Source: Diadema antillarum (lineage: Eukaryota). From it: 64,000 nt of DNA. Under the pieces are notes generated by a model. It did not search any database. It was not told where the DNA came from and saw only the letters and a list, made by a program, of their open reading frames with translations. Each line of letters begins with the position of its first letter. Position 1 is the stretch's first letter. Below are positions 26,000-38,700 of the stretch, in pieces. The stretch lies in the NCBI RefSeq assembly GCF_040938485.1, contig NW_027271601.1, positions 2,790,001 to 2,854,000 of the forward strand, in the 5' to 3' direction. The position numbers and the translations under genes were made by a program.

Positions 26000-26857
26000 A
26001 TTGTAAAGAACAGTTAATGTTCAGTACTCATGAAAAGGACCCACAATTGCATCAGAAAGGACATTTTGTGATGAGTAACATACTTCACATGATGACGGTG
26101 GTATACATGATGTCTCTGTATGTGGTACAGACAGATTTGGGCGCTTATTTCATACCAAGTCATAGCAGTTGGAAGCCTTAGTATAGCTTTGGCACTGATT
26201 TTGTGTTACAGTATTGATTACTAGTTATTTCGATACAAATGTAATACATTTTCTCAAGTTACAAATATGTAAGTGACCTGGGAAGAAACAGATTTTATTT
26301 GACATGGTCACCTCTTGAAATTGTTTTACTGCAGAATATACAAAGTGATAGATCCTGCCCTCATTCTTGTACAATGGAAAGTGTACCATACTTCTGTATC
26401 AGTTGGAGTCTAGTGTACTTCATATGTCACATCTTTAATTTCCTTAAGATTTAGTTGCACATGTTATATGTGATGTGAATTTTTAATGTTAGGAGTGTAT
26501 TAGCAAAATAACTTTGGATTGGAGTGTATTGAAACATGAATTATCTTTGGAACTGTGCAATAATCATTGGTCATTGATAGCCATGAAAATGAAAAAAAGT
26601 TTTACTGCTGTTATCATTTGTTTTGTTCTTTACTCATCAAACCTGAGTACTTCAGTCCACTTGCAGTGACCCTGTTTGTTTCACATTTATATATAGTGTA
26701 TGTATGTATGTTACTGATCTATGCCATTCCATTAGGACAAATTATTGATATATTGATGAAAACACTCTTTCGGGGCTGGCTGTTAAACAAGAATTCTGAG
26801 TTCAAGTTTCAAGCAATGAAAGGAAATGAGCAGAAGCAAGTGTGAGAGGTAGAGATG

Positions 26858-26965
26858 AGTAGATAGATAGGTACATATAAAAAGTTATGTCGGATAAGTA
26901 AAATCTGTATTTGAAAGATAGATTGATAGATAGATAGATAGATTGATAGGTAGGTAGATGGATGC
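26858..26965. repeat. Degenerate (GATA)n tract
   Basis: Direct reading. Confidence 0.8.
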
Positions 26966-27406
26966 ATTTAGGTATATTAAACAGACAAGTACTGATGTAC
27001 ATAATAGCGATAATTTTTTTTTTTTTTTTTTTAACTGTGCAGAAGAATAACTGGGATTTACTTGTATAAGACTACAATAATTGCGAGTCTTGGTGATAGA
27101 ACTTCTGAATAGTATTTATTGAATTGCTTAGGCAGCAAAACTGAAAAATCATGACACACCTTATCAGGTGTTGTGTGTGATATGCAATGATGATTGTGAT
27201 TATAGTTGTCAGAGAAATGTAGTTAATGTGGCCAAAATTAGCTACTGGGTTTTATTAATGTGCAGTCTGTCAGGCCTGTTTATGTTTGTTTGTTTTTTAG
27301 TTGATGTATTTATAACTGCCCCTTTGAGGATATGCATGTCACAAAGCTTTGCTTGTGTTTTCACCAATTATTTAGAGGGAGTATCAAACTAGAATGGGTA
27401 TAAATC

Positions 27407-27709
27407 CAGAGACTCCAACTCTCCCGTTTTCGACGGGAGATCTCCCGCCGAAAACCCATTTTTGCAAAATCTCCCGTTCTCCCGTTTGAGATTTAATTTC
27501 TCCCGCCCTGGCTCTTTGTCTCCCGTTGGAAGGGATTTCTTACTTATTTCCATCGTATGTTGAAAAAATAAGCCTCAGATAGCACAAGAGAGCATCTAGA
27601 ACCCTAGGAACTTCGCGCTTCGCACATATCAAGTTGGAGTCTCCCGTTTGCTAGGGGTTTCAGGCGGGAGAATCTCCAGATCAGAAGGTGCTTTGGGTTG
27701 GAGTCTCTG
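27407..27709 (+). mobile_element. hAT-like MITE, inverted copy of 25012-25314
   Basis: TSD TAAATC on both sides; 303 bp. Confidence 0.9.
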
Positions 27710-28049
27710 TAAATCAAAGCTTGGAATACAGATTGTTTTTAAATGAAGGACAAGAGAAGATGGGGGTGGGGAGCAAGCCGATCAGAAGCTTATCTTGTTT
27801 TATAGGTACACGTTGTATACTTCTTTGTCCTGGTGTCAGGGCAAAGTTTGACAAATATTTGTAACTTTGGTTGACTTGTGGGCTACACAAAATCTAATGG
27901 TATATACAGGTTGATGGCTTAAACTGAAAGCTCACGATTCCAGTTTGTAGTTGTAGTTTTTGTTCTAGGCATTAATTTTGATTTGCATGTCCTTATTTTG
28001 TTGCTATAAACTCTTACATGGGAATACGCTCTTGCCACCCAAACGACAT

Positions 28050-29806
28050 GGTAAATTGGCACCTCGTCTACAACCACCCTGTCCACTGTCCACCTAGTCT
28101 AATGCCATCTTGTCTAAACTCACTTCGTCTACTACCAACTCGTCTACCAACCATTTTGTCTATATGCCAATTAGTCTAATTGTCATTTCGTCTACTAGCC
28201 ATTTTATCTAATGTCCAATTTGTCTAAGTCACATTTCGTCTATAAATAAACACCCATTATGTCTATTGACCATTTCGTCTATTAATCATAAGGTCTATGA
28301 ATAAAATAGTCTACAGCTCATTTTGTCTGATAGCCAATTGGTCTACAACTCATTGTCTAATAGTCAATTAGTCTAATAACCAGTCAGTCTACTCCCAACT
28401 GGTCTACTGCCAACTGGTCTACTCCCAATTGGTCTAATCCCAACTGGTCTACACCCAATTGGTCTACTCCCAACTAGTCTACACCCAACTGGTCTACACC
28501 CAACTCGTCTACTGCCAACTCATCTACTGCCAACTCGTCTACTGCCAACTAGTCTACTGCCAACTGGTCTACTACTAGTTATAGTTTTTTTTTTTTTGTT
28601 ATTTAAAGTCTACTTCATCCAGTTTCTTTTTTCCCAGTGAAATAGGTTGAACACTCTTGGTGCCCCATTTGGTTTAAATTTTTATGTTCTAATTATGACA
28701 ATTTTTTAGGAAAAAAAGATAATGTCACAGTGTGAAAAACTTGCTGTGTTATTTTTGTGGTGGATGTGTAATTTAACTAGTGTACCAAATGCAATGAAAA
28801 TCAAATTACACTTGTACTCGATAATTCCTCATTCGGGATCCCGCCAAGATCGCTGCATGCATGCGCACGGAGGTACGGGTGGACTGGGGTGGTCGGTCAA
28901 AATGTAATTCTGTTTCGTATGACTGACAATTCGTTTGTGATGGAGGATTGTAACTGAGCTAGTTTATCATTATTTAGTTATTTTACGGCCAGAATGTAGA
29001 CTGGATAGTCATGTCTCACCATTGATTAGTATGTCTTTATATTCAGCATACTGCGGAATAATTAACAACTAAAATAGTCTAATATTGATTTTTGTGCTAA
29101 TCAAGGGCAGGGTTTAATATGAATAATTCATGACAGTGAGACGGACTGGACACTAGACAAAGTGGTATATTCAGTATTAGCATGACCAGATGGAAATGAT
29201 CAGTTTGGGTAAATTGTTGAGAGTAAAACTATATCAGTTGGGAGTACACCAATTGGGTAAAGACGAGTATAGACCAATTGGGAGTAGACAATTTGGGAGT
29301 AGACCAACTGGGATTAGACCAATTGGGAGTAGACCAGTTGGGAGTAGACCAATTGGGAGTAGACCAGTTGGGAGTAGACCAATTGGGAGTAGATGAGTTG
29401 GGAGTAGACCAGATGGGTATAGACCATATTGGGTATGGACAAACTAAGGGTTGGACGATATGATAACTAGACAAAGTGAATGTAGACTAAATGACTTGTA
29501 GACGAGGTGGGAGTAGACTAACTAGTAGTAGACAAAATAGATATTAGACGACATGGCAAATAGACATTGTGAGTGTAGACGATTTGGCTATTAGATCAAT
29601 TGTTTTGTAGACGAAATGCTCCTTAGACGAGTTGGGTATTAGACAGTATGGGTAGTGGGCAAAGTGACTACAGTATTAGACAATATGGGTACTGGACGAA
29701 ACGAGTTGTAGACCAAATGGGTATTAGATGAATCAGTAATAGACGATATGCCAGTAGACCAATTGGAAAATAGACATAGTGGCTGTAGACGAGGTCACTA
29801 TAAACC
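28050..29806. mobile_element. Foldback-type transposon, 1757 bp, modular long TIRs, 8-bp TSD
   Basis: TSD AACGACAT at 28042-28049 and 29807-29814; arms of about 520 and 660 bp built from GTCTA/TAGAC-cored subrepeats, including about 15-bp ACTCCCAACTGGTCT arrays. Confidence 0.9.
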
Positions 29807-31008
29807 AACGACATCGCCACCTCATAAAAAAAATAAAACAAAACAAAAATACAATTTTGCCATTAAAAAAAAAAAACATTTAAAAAGAGGCATCACACCT
29901 TGGGGATTGAGTTAAGCTACAGACAAGAAAATCAAGTACCAATTTCTGACAATTTTATTACTTGATGTCTGTTGTGTATAAAAACTAATTGCTGTAAGAC
30001 ATAACAAGTCTTGCTGGTCCTGTTTAATGTATTTATTCGTTTACTTTGTATTGGAGTATAGTCTATTTAAGTACATGTATTTTGTTTTACGTAATTGCAG
30101 TAGTCTTTTAAATAGATAAAGAAGAATGATTTTGCACATATGGTCTACTATCTTTTTCTTTGCAAAATTGTAAGTTTTATGCAAACAAAAAGTAATAAAA
30201 AAAGTAAGAGTTGCACAACAGTACATCTGCTTTATTGTCTCAGAGCTTGTACAATTAAATGTTTTTTAAAGGTTTGGCCGATCTTCAATTCATGCTCTCA
30301 AAATAATATAATGTGCATGGCATGCAGGCCCATATTGGCATCTGCAGTGGTTGTATCATGCTGATATGGCAGTACATGTAGTTGCAGGAACCATGTATAC
30401 CACTCGGTTCGAAATTGGAAGTTTTTGTAATACTGGTTCAAGTTTACCAGGGCTTCAGTTGTTCAATGAGAAATGAAGGTCATAAGTTTTCCAGAAAGTA
30501 GTGGCACATATTGATGGAAAACTTGCTAAACTCAGTGAATTATTGCACACACTTGAGTGAACATACACATTTCCTCTCATGTAAAGCATTATTTTAAATC
30601 TTTAAACAATTTTCATCAAGTTGTGTAGATGATATGCACCTTTAAGTATCTCTCTGTATTAAAAGTGAGAGTCATTTTCAGAGTATTTATGTGAAGTACA
30701 GAAATAAATATGATGACATGTAAATGTTGACCCTTATTTGCTGGTGCACGTACTTCTACTGATGTAGTCATGTGTGTGTAATTGGTGTGATCTCTTCATG
30801 CATGGCATGTCAATTTCCTTCCAAAATGTGCAAGAAAGAAAGAAAAAAAGAAGAATAGAAGAGCAGGGCCCTCTTGCATAAAAGTTGAGATCAGACATAA
30901 GTCAGAAAATCAAACATAAGTCTGTGAATACTCAATTCTGATTGGCTGATACCTGACTTACGTTTGATTTACTATGTTTGATTGCATCTTTTCATGCAAC
31001 ATGGCACT

Positions 31009-31009
<1 letters not shown>

Positions 31010-31051
<42 letters not shown>

Positions 31052-31066
31052 CACACACACACACAC
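31010..31066. repeat. (CA)n microsatellite
   Basis: Direct reading. Confidence 0.95.
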
Positions 31067-31443
31067 TTCACACTCATGCATACTTACAGAGAGACACAGA
31101 CACATACGTTAGATTCTACATTTAAGATGATTAGTACATGTAATATGAATTTATGATCCAGATTAAGCACTTCATATCTTAACACAAGGCATTAATAAGG
31201 TATGGCATACTATAACACCAGAAATTTCTGCAAATTTTATGAGGAGCCAAGATTTGTGAGCTAATATGCACACAAAAGTTCTTGTGTACACTATGCATTG
31301 AATGCCAGTGGCAATTTGCGAAACTTTCATGATGCCAAAAAGGCTGATGGCTCCAATTCGTGAAAATTTCACATTTCTGGTTTTACAGTATATTAAATTT
31401 TCTGTAATAATAATGCCTCCTTGCACCCTACCATCCTCCCCAC

Positions 31444-31444
<1 letters not shown>

Positions 31445-31497
<53 letters not shown>
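31445..31497. repeat. (CA)n microsatellite
   Basis: Direct reading. Confidence 0.95.
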
Positions 31498-31501
<4 letters not shown>

Positions 31502-32057
31502 AGGCCACATGTGACAGATCAGGGAGGAGCTAGAGGTGGTGAAGAAACTTATTGCCCTATACATAATACGTGTAGGTTGAAGTCATGCCAAACGCTGCAC
31601 TGCACTGGTACTGGTATGCAATTTGACAAAAGAGACCAAAGGTACTAGTGGACTAGTGCTCCCACAGCAGAAGAGATCCCTCCACTGCAGTTCGCTCTCT
31701 CTTGCAATGTGCTGGCAGCAATGAATATGTGTGCTTTTAAATGGAGCACTAATCAAAATGCAGTGTAATAATTACTTTTTTAACTGCAAAATGTAGAAAT
31801 GCACGCTGGAACATACTTTATGCCAGATTGAAGATAGAAAACTAACATGCACAAGCGTGTGCATCATATCTTTTTTTTTTTGTGTTGTTTTTAAGAGGAC
31901 CTAATTTTCACTTCATTCATATTGATGTGTAAGGAGGTGGCTTCTTTCCCAAACTCCTCTAATCAAATTCAAGTACTTCATTCAAAATTGAATGTTAAAA
32001 TACAGCCTGTAATCTAATGATATGTGATGCTCTTTCTTTGTGTCCAAATGTGGTCAT

Positions 32058-32280
32058 CAGGGCCGGCGGAGCGTTTTCAAAAGTGTGGGAGCCCACTTCC
32101 GGGTTTCATGAGCTAACAAGCAAAAAAAAAGAAAAAAAAAGGTCCTCAGTGGAAAACATAACATAATTTTACCACGCTCACACTTCAAGATCTCTAACTA
32201 TTTCTATTTAGTGCCACTTACATACTTCCGGGTTGAAAAAAAGTGTGGGGGCCCAAGCCCCCACGGTTCCGCCGGCCATG
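32058..32280. mobile_element. MITE with CAGGGCCGGCGGA TIR and 5-bp TSD
   Basis: cagggccggcgga...tccgccggccatg; TSD GTCAT on both sides. Confidence 0.8.
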
Positions 32281-35200
32281 GTCATGGCAATAAAGCAGTG
32301 CTGAGCATGGCTTCAAAGTGCAGAGGAATGTTAGACATCCAAATTGTAATGCTTTATACCTAAAACATGTTTTGCACAGATTATGAAGTGCTGCTACTCC
32401 TCCTATGACATCTCCCTGGTGGACAGACTAGCCTATAATACAGGCAGAGGATGCAGCTAAGGTGTTTATTGTCGCGCTAAACATCTGATACGGTGAGACT
32501 ATTGTCTTTGCTATATTATCGACTGTGAATCGTACGAAAAACTGCCACTAATTCCACAACTGCCATTGATTCATGGTCGATGATAAGAAAACAATGAGTA
32601 AAGCAAAACAAGGGGATATGAATGAAGGCAGTAGATGGTTCCACTGTTCATAGTCTCGCTGCATCAGACGAGTCACTTAGCCAAGACATATAATCTCACT
32701 GCATCAGTTAATCGCAACAGCAAAGACAACAGCTGCATCCTTCACCAAGATCATAGGCTATGGACAGATGGGCTATTTGCTCTCCTGCAAGAACAAACCT
32801 TCACAGACTTTTAAAAGCCAAGCAGGGTGGGAATAAAGAAAGTCAACACACCATGTAGTACAATATTTTGTATTTAGTGAATGTTTGGAGTCTGTTACAC
32901 AAGCTGGTGCCAAAGACGGTCACATTTGTACATGGCTGTTCCTACCAATAATGTGCAGACATACTTTTGTTGAATGCATTTTATTCTAACAAAAAACAAA
33001 ACAAAACAAAAACTACATTTACACATGTATAACTACAGCATAGTGTACAAAATGAATAATTCAATAATACCACCAGTATCTCCCTCCCCCCCCCCCCCCC
33101 CCCACACACACAAAGCTTGTGCAGTCTCTAGCAAAAACTGCACAAACATGTGATCATTTGCACCAAAATTCATTAAAATGTCATTTGCTTGGAAGATACA
33201 ACTTACAGTGTTATAGAATTGTCTGTGATCATGCAGTATGTGTAGATGTTCTTTGATGCTACAGACCTGCAGTCATTTGGCTTACTAGCCTTCATGGTCT
33301 GCAGGTGTTAATTGACTAAAATCTCCACAAATCTACAGAGGAATGGACTATTCCTTCACCTACTGCACATATTTCCACAAAGTTTGACAGCATCCATGAA
33401 AATTGAGCATTCCTGTCCATTTCCCCAACACTGACGCGCCTACACACTTAAAGACAATGTGCACTGAAAGATAATTTTGCTCAGAAGTGAAACTGATAAC
33501 AACCTGCCAAGTCAAAGGTTTTGAAACATTTTGGCCAAAATTCACAAAGGTGGTTAAAACTTAGACCATGGTACAAATCTAGACCATGGTCTAAAATAAG
33601 TGCAAAATAGACATACAAATTGTACCTTTAACACATGCACGTATCAATGTGCATTTGCCACTGGTTGTCTGTTGGCATATGCAATAGATCAATCTTATTT
33701 ATGCAGAAGAAATATGCATAAACCATGATTTAAACTTAAACCATCTTTGTGAATTCTGGCCTTGATGTTTGCACACAGCCATCAGGGTATTCAAACCTGT
33801 CTTATCTTATGATTATACTACAAATGCGCAACACATATTACTCATCCAGGCTCCATTCCATTCTTGGTACATTACGGTGTATATATAAACAATCTCACTG
33901 TTTGCCCAAACCAAAGCTCTTCTACATATAGCATGCACACATCCGATACGAAGTTTGTATATCAAAGCTTCCCCTCTGATTTTGAATGCCATGGTCTAGG
34001 TATGTTTAATGCAAGATGACTGTTCATTGATATACAACATGTGTGTACCATTACTTTACATGTGTGAATATTACATTATAGGCCTAATTTGGAATAAAGG
34101 CTTAAAATCTTGTTTCATTAAGTACATGATGGTTCCAATGTCTAGAGGATACTGCATTCTACACACTTTACCTCAGCATTTTTATCTCCAGATGCAGTCC
34201 TATCAACGTGCAAAGCACTGTACTACACCTGTGTCTATGCCCTTTCCTTTCATATGCCACAACTCTTCTACAAACTGCTTTGGTGATTCATCAAACTTAT
34301 ACTGCCTTAATTTTGGCAGGAATTAATCTCATCGCACTAGAAAAAAGAAAAAAAAGAAGAAAACAATGAATAAAATGAAATAAAATAAGATGTAAAAATT
34401 CCCAAGAAATAATTTGGTCAATGACAAATAGCATGCAGTGTGTATATATACCTCATATCCATATATTTGCTTGATATAGAAATGCAATATACAAGAATTA
34501 GTCATAGAATTGTCATAGAATCTCTCTTAGATATATAAAAATTACAACTTTTGTTGTATTCTGATTTTCTTGGGTTATAAAGGGCAGCTACACTGTCACA
34601 AATTCAACAACTTTTTAGTCCACACGCTAACCCTCCCAGACAATATAACAAAAGGAAAGAAAAAAATGGGTACGCTGGAAAGACTGGAAAGACAGAGATG
34701 AAAGTTTTGTATGAGAGTAAAAGAAATTTCAGTAATTTGGGGGTAATACAAGCATGCCACTGACTAGTAACCCGTGATGGTTGGCTGCTTTGGGAGTTGT
34801 ACCACCTATCTGGCCAGGAATGTACATAACATAGCTCATACTGCTCTCACCTATTATTGTGTGAGCAGATATATATCACAGTGATGGTTTGTGTTCTTCA
34901 TTATGCTAATGAAACTAGATCTGAACCAAAGCACTTCATAAGCTTGTCATGCTGCTTTGCCCTTTCCATAGGGAAAGACCATTAAAAAAAAAACAAACAC
35001 AAAACCAAGAACCCAGAACTATCTACAAATATGTGAAAATGTCCCGCAAAATTCCTTCTATATCATGTATTGCAGATGAGGAAGGTACTATGAAATACAC
35101 ACTACAGGACTACGTGTTGAATCCATGTTTGGCATTGTATGCATAAAATAGCAAGTGTAAATCCTTTTGTCTATATAGCATCATCATAACTACATATATT

Positions 35201-35590
35201 TTTTTTCTTTTTGTTTCTTTGCCAAGGCACTTCTGGTCTTAGCTTGCCAGTGATACACACAGGTGCCGACTTGCTTTCTATCTATATACACAACGAAAGG
35301 TTTTCTTACACGACGGATGATAAAAGTCAAGAAACACAGACTGAGTCCATGGAATCTATTTCTAAGGTAAAAAAAAAAAAGCCAACATCCCTCTTTCTCA
35401 AACATCACCCACTCATGTATTCTTACAGATCTCTTTCACATCATCTGGTATGCATAGGTGCTCCTATATATCAAATATATGTCACTATGTTTTGTAACGT
35501 TGATAATTTTTTTGTCCTTCTATTTTTTTTTCTTTGTCCTCAGAGTGCCTTTAAGCCTTTAATTTTTGAGGGGATTTCCCTTCTGTAATA

Positions 35591-35734
35591 TTATTGCTGC
35601 TCCACGTAGTTTGAGGGCAGCATACCGTGCTCGCCCGTACGCGCCACTGTCCCCGTCATCCAACCGGCATCGATGATCTCCCCATCCAGGATCATGTCAC
35701 CTTCGACGAAGGAAACCTCGTCGCTGTCTGCTGC
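35591..35734 (-). CDS. Lasp: Lasp terminal exon: SH3 (SH3-B)
   Basis: [47 protein letters not shown]. Confidence 0.95.
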   Translation of the reverse strand, partial: AADSDEVSFVEGDMILDGEIIDAGWMTGTVARTGEHGMLPSNYVEQQ

Positions 35735-38700
35735 CTATGAAGCGATGGGTTTAAAGACCAAAAGAGGAAAAAGAAATACATGTAGTTTTTAAACAAAGAT
35801 TGCAAAGGCTACCATTTCACTCAATGCATAGCTACGTGTATAGACCGATCCGACCTGGAAGGAAAATCCGCCATTGCTGCAGTATCCCATTCATGTGTGC
35901 ATATGAGAATGCACGATATACATGGTGCCAGGCTCGCACTCGCCATTAAATATATCAGGCATTCAGCATACACGCGCACAGTTGGGACGCTGCAATTAAT
36001 GGTAGGTGTTTTGACAAGTGGGATTGGTCTATATATACACAAATAAGCAAATATGTAGACCTAGAATGATGTTTTTATATTTAAAGGAAAAACTTACATC
36101 AAGCTAATTTTATGTTTTGCATATCAAATAAAATAGTTTTCAGGGTGCTATAAATATGACTACAGCATAAACCTTTACATGTAACTAAATGTGACCCGCC
36201 ACAACAAAAGGATCCGAAAGTCACTGACGGCTCAGCCGAGAAAATTGAGTTGGAAGTCATATCATCAAATTTCTATTGTTGGCATAATGTTGTAGTCTAA
36301 TGTTTCGTCTTTCATCTGCCAAAATTTCGGAGCTAAATGATCAAAGGAAAGGCAAGAAATCAGCATTTTTCTGGGCCACGATTTTCCGATTATCAACGGA
36401 ACACAAACGTGTCTGGATTTTGCACCACAGATAGACTCCGCGCCTAGCAACGAGGGCGTGATCTTATTGATTAGTGCGCTGCATCCTAGTTACTGAATGG
36501 TCATGCGTAGACAACAGACTGCTGGCGCCAAGCTTGAGTAAATATTGTGGAGGTTGATATGAGCGGACCTTCTATTGTCAAGAGGTGAAAACTGTGTTAC
36601 CTCCCCTTGATCACGATTGCATCGGAAAGAAAACTTTGAAGGCGGTTTTCTCAAAACGCTGATTTCCTAGACAACTAAACATGGTCACATAAAATCATCA
36701 ATATCTCCACATCGGAGTACTTTTATGAGTCATGTTTAATAAGAAATTAAAGCGAAAGAGTAAACGAACAATTTCATGTCATTTTCAGAAAATTGACCTC
36801 CCTCAACTTTCGGATCCTTTTGTTGTAGCGGGTCACAAATGATCTATCAAATCTAAAAACTACATGATCTAAAAGTCTAATTGGTCTCAAATTTACTACT
36901 TTGAGGTACAAATTGTCAGCACAAATATATGCCATATATAGTTGTGTGATAATCTCCCTCACTTTCTATCTACGAAAAAAACTACAATTCCTGAGCATTA
37001 AAACAAAAAAGAAATCTAAATGCATTTCAAGCAGAGAGCAGAATGAACAAGGTGAAGGAGGCTGCTTCATGAATCATAAACTACATGTATGCTAACCCCG
37101 TGTTACAATGTAATTACCCCAAGGGTGAAATGCATGTCAACAAATTATATGAACTTGCCACCAATGCAACACAGACAAAAAAAAACACAATGCCTCCAGC
37201 GACACTTTATGGCAGAGGCATAAAAAGAAGAAACAATAACAAACATACAAAGAATCCTCTGTAGGCCTATAGTGACTACAGAAGTGAACTCACCGTATAA
37301 TCATATATGGCAACATAGCGAGGGCCCGTGGCAGGTGGTGGGGCAACAGGGGCAACCTGTGGGGGCGGTGGCTGGTAGCTTTCCTGTGGTGGTGGCTGGT
37401 ACTGAAATATTCATTACCAAGAAAAATATAGGTTTGCTTAAGTCTATATAATATCAAATTTGTTGAATAAAAAAGAATATTACAATTCATTCAAGACTTT
37501 CTAAATTCATTCTATTTTTTTTTTAATCTATTTCATATTTCCCCCTTTTTTGTGTGAGTTTGGAAAGCAAGAAGGTTTTCAGGAAAGCCTGAATAGATAC
37601 TACAGCAAGCAAGTATTCTAGAAAGCTGAACAACCTGGTTTGATGTCATATAGGCATTCCAAACAAGAAATGGTGTGCAGTGGCAGATCCAGCCAAGGGC
37701 GCACCGGGCGCACGCCCCTCTTAATTTTTTGTTAAAACAAAAAAAAAATAAATAAATAGAAATCGGGGGGGGGGGGGGGGGGACATGCGCCCCCCTTTAA
37801 GTTTGTAAAGGCACCCCCATTTTACAGAATTCCTGGATCTGTCCCTGGTATGCATGTAATAGGGCCACAAGTTGTGTGAAACAGCTTTAATGCAAAGGAT
37901 TTTATGTCTGTTTTGTATTTTGTATCCTGTTGTGGGAGGGGTGGGTGATATGGACTTACCCCCTGCGGCTCAGGTGGCTGGAAAGATGGGCGGTCCATTG
38001 GGCGGTCCATTGGGCGGTCCATTTGATATCCCCCTGCTGTATGGCCCTTGTAAGCAATATTGGAGGCCTGCTCACTTACTGGAGGTAATCAAACATACAA
38101 AACATATGTATATACAGACATAAATAAATAAATAAATGAATAGAAATATAATGCTTTGCTAAACCACTCCTAGTATCTATTCAGCTCTGTTTATTACAAT
38201 TCCAGTTTATTACCTGTTTATTACCTGTTTATTCATTTCCTGTTTATCACAATTCCAGCTCCCTTTGTGAATACATCAAATCTGATATACCACACGCTAG
38301 GGAGTGTTCCAGACTGACCCAACCTCAGGAGCAATTACAGTTTGAATATCATAGGGGGTTGAAATTTCATGAAGTGCTTTGTCTAACAAATTTGTTCTCA
38401 GCCAATCAGATGCAAGGATTTCAGTAGCTTAGAACAGTTTGTCAGGAAAAATGTCTGTCAAAACGCTTCATGAAATCCCCCTCCCTCCGGATAGAGTCAT
38501 TAAACATTGTAGATACTGTATATGCTGTTATTTTCGAGAGGGTTTAATTTTCGCAAATTTCGCGAATCACAGTTGGATCGCGAATTTAACAACACGCTAA
38601 TATGTCTCCATGCGCTTTGTTAATAGAGCATTAACGTAAGCGTTGGCGTCGATTCCCGAAAACAACATCTCGCGAAAATGTCTATGACCTCGTCATTCGT

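Noticed and set aside
29190-29474. ORFs with pentapeptide repeats (GVDQL, GSRPI, WSTPN) and a CRISPR-like look
   Set aside because: They are translations of the 15-bp subrepeats of the foldback arm; no unique spacers, no cas genes, eukaryotic context.
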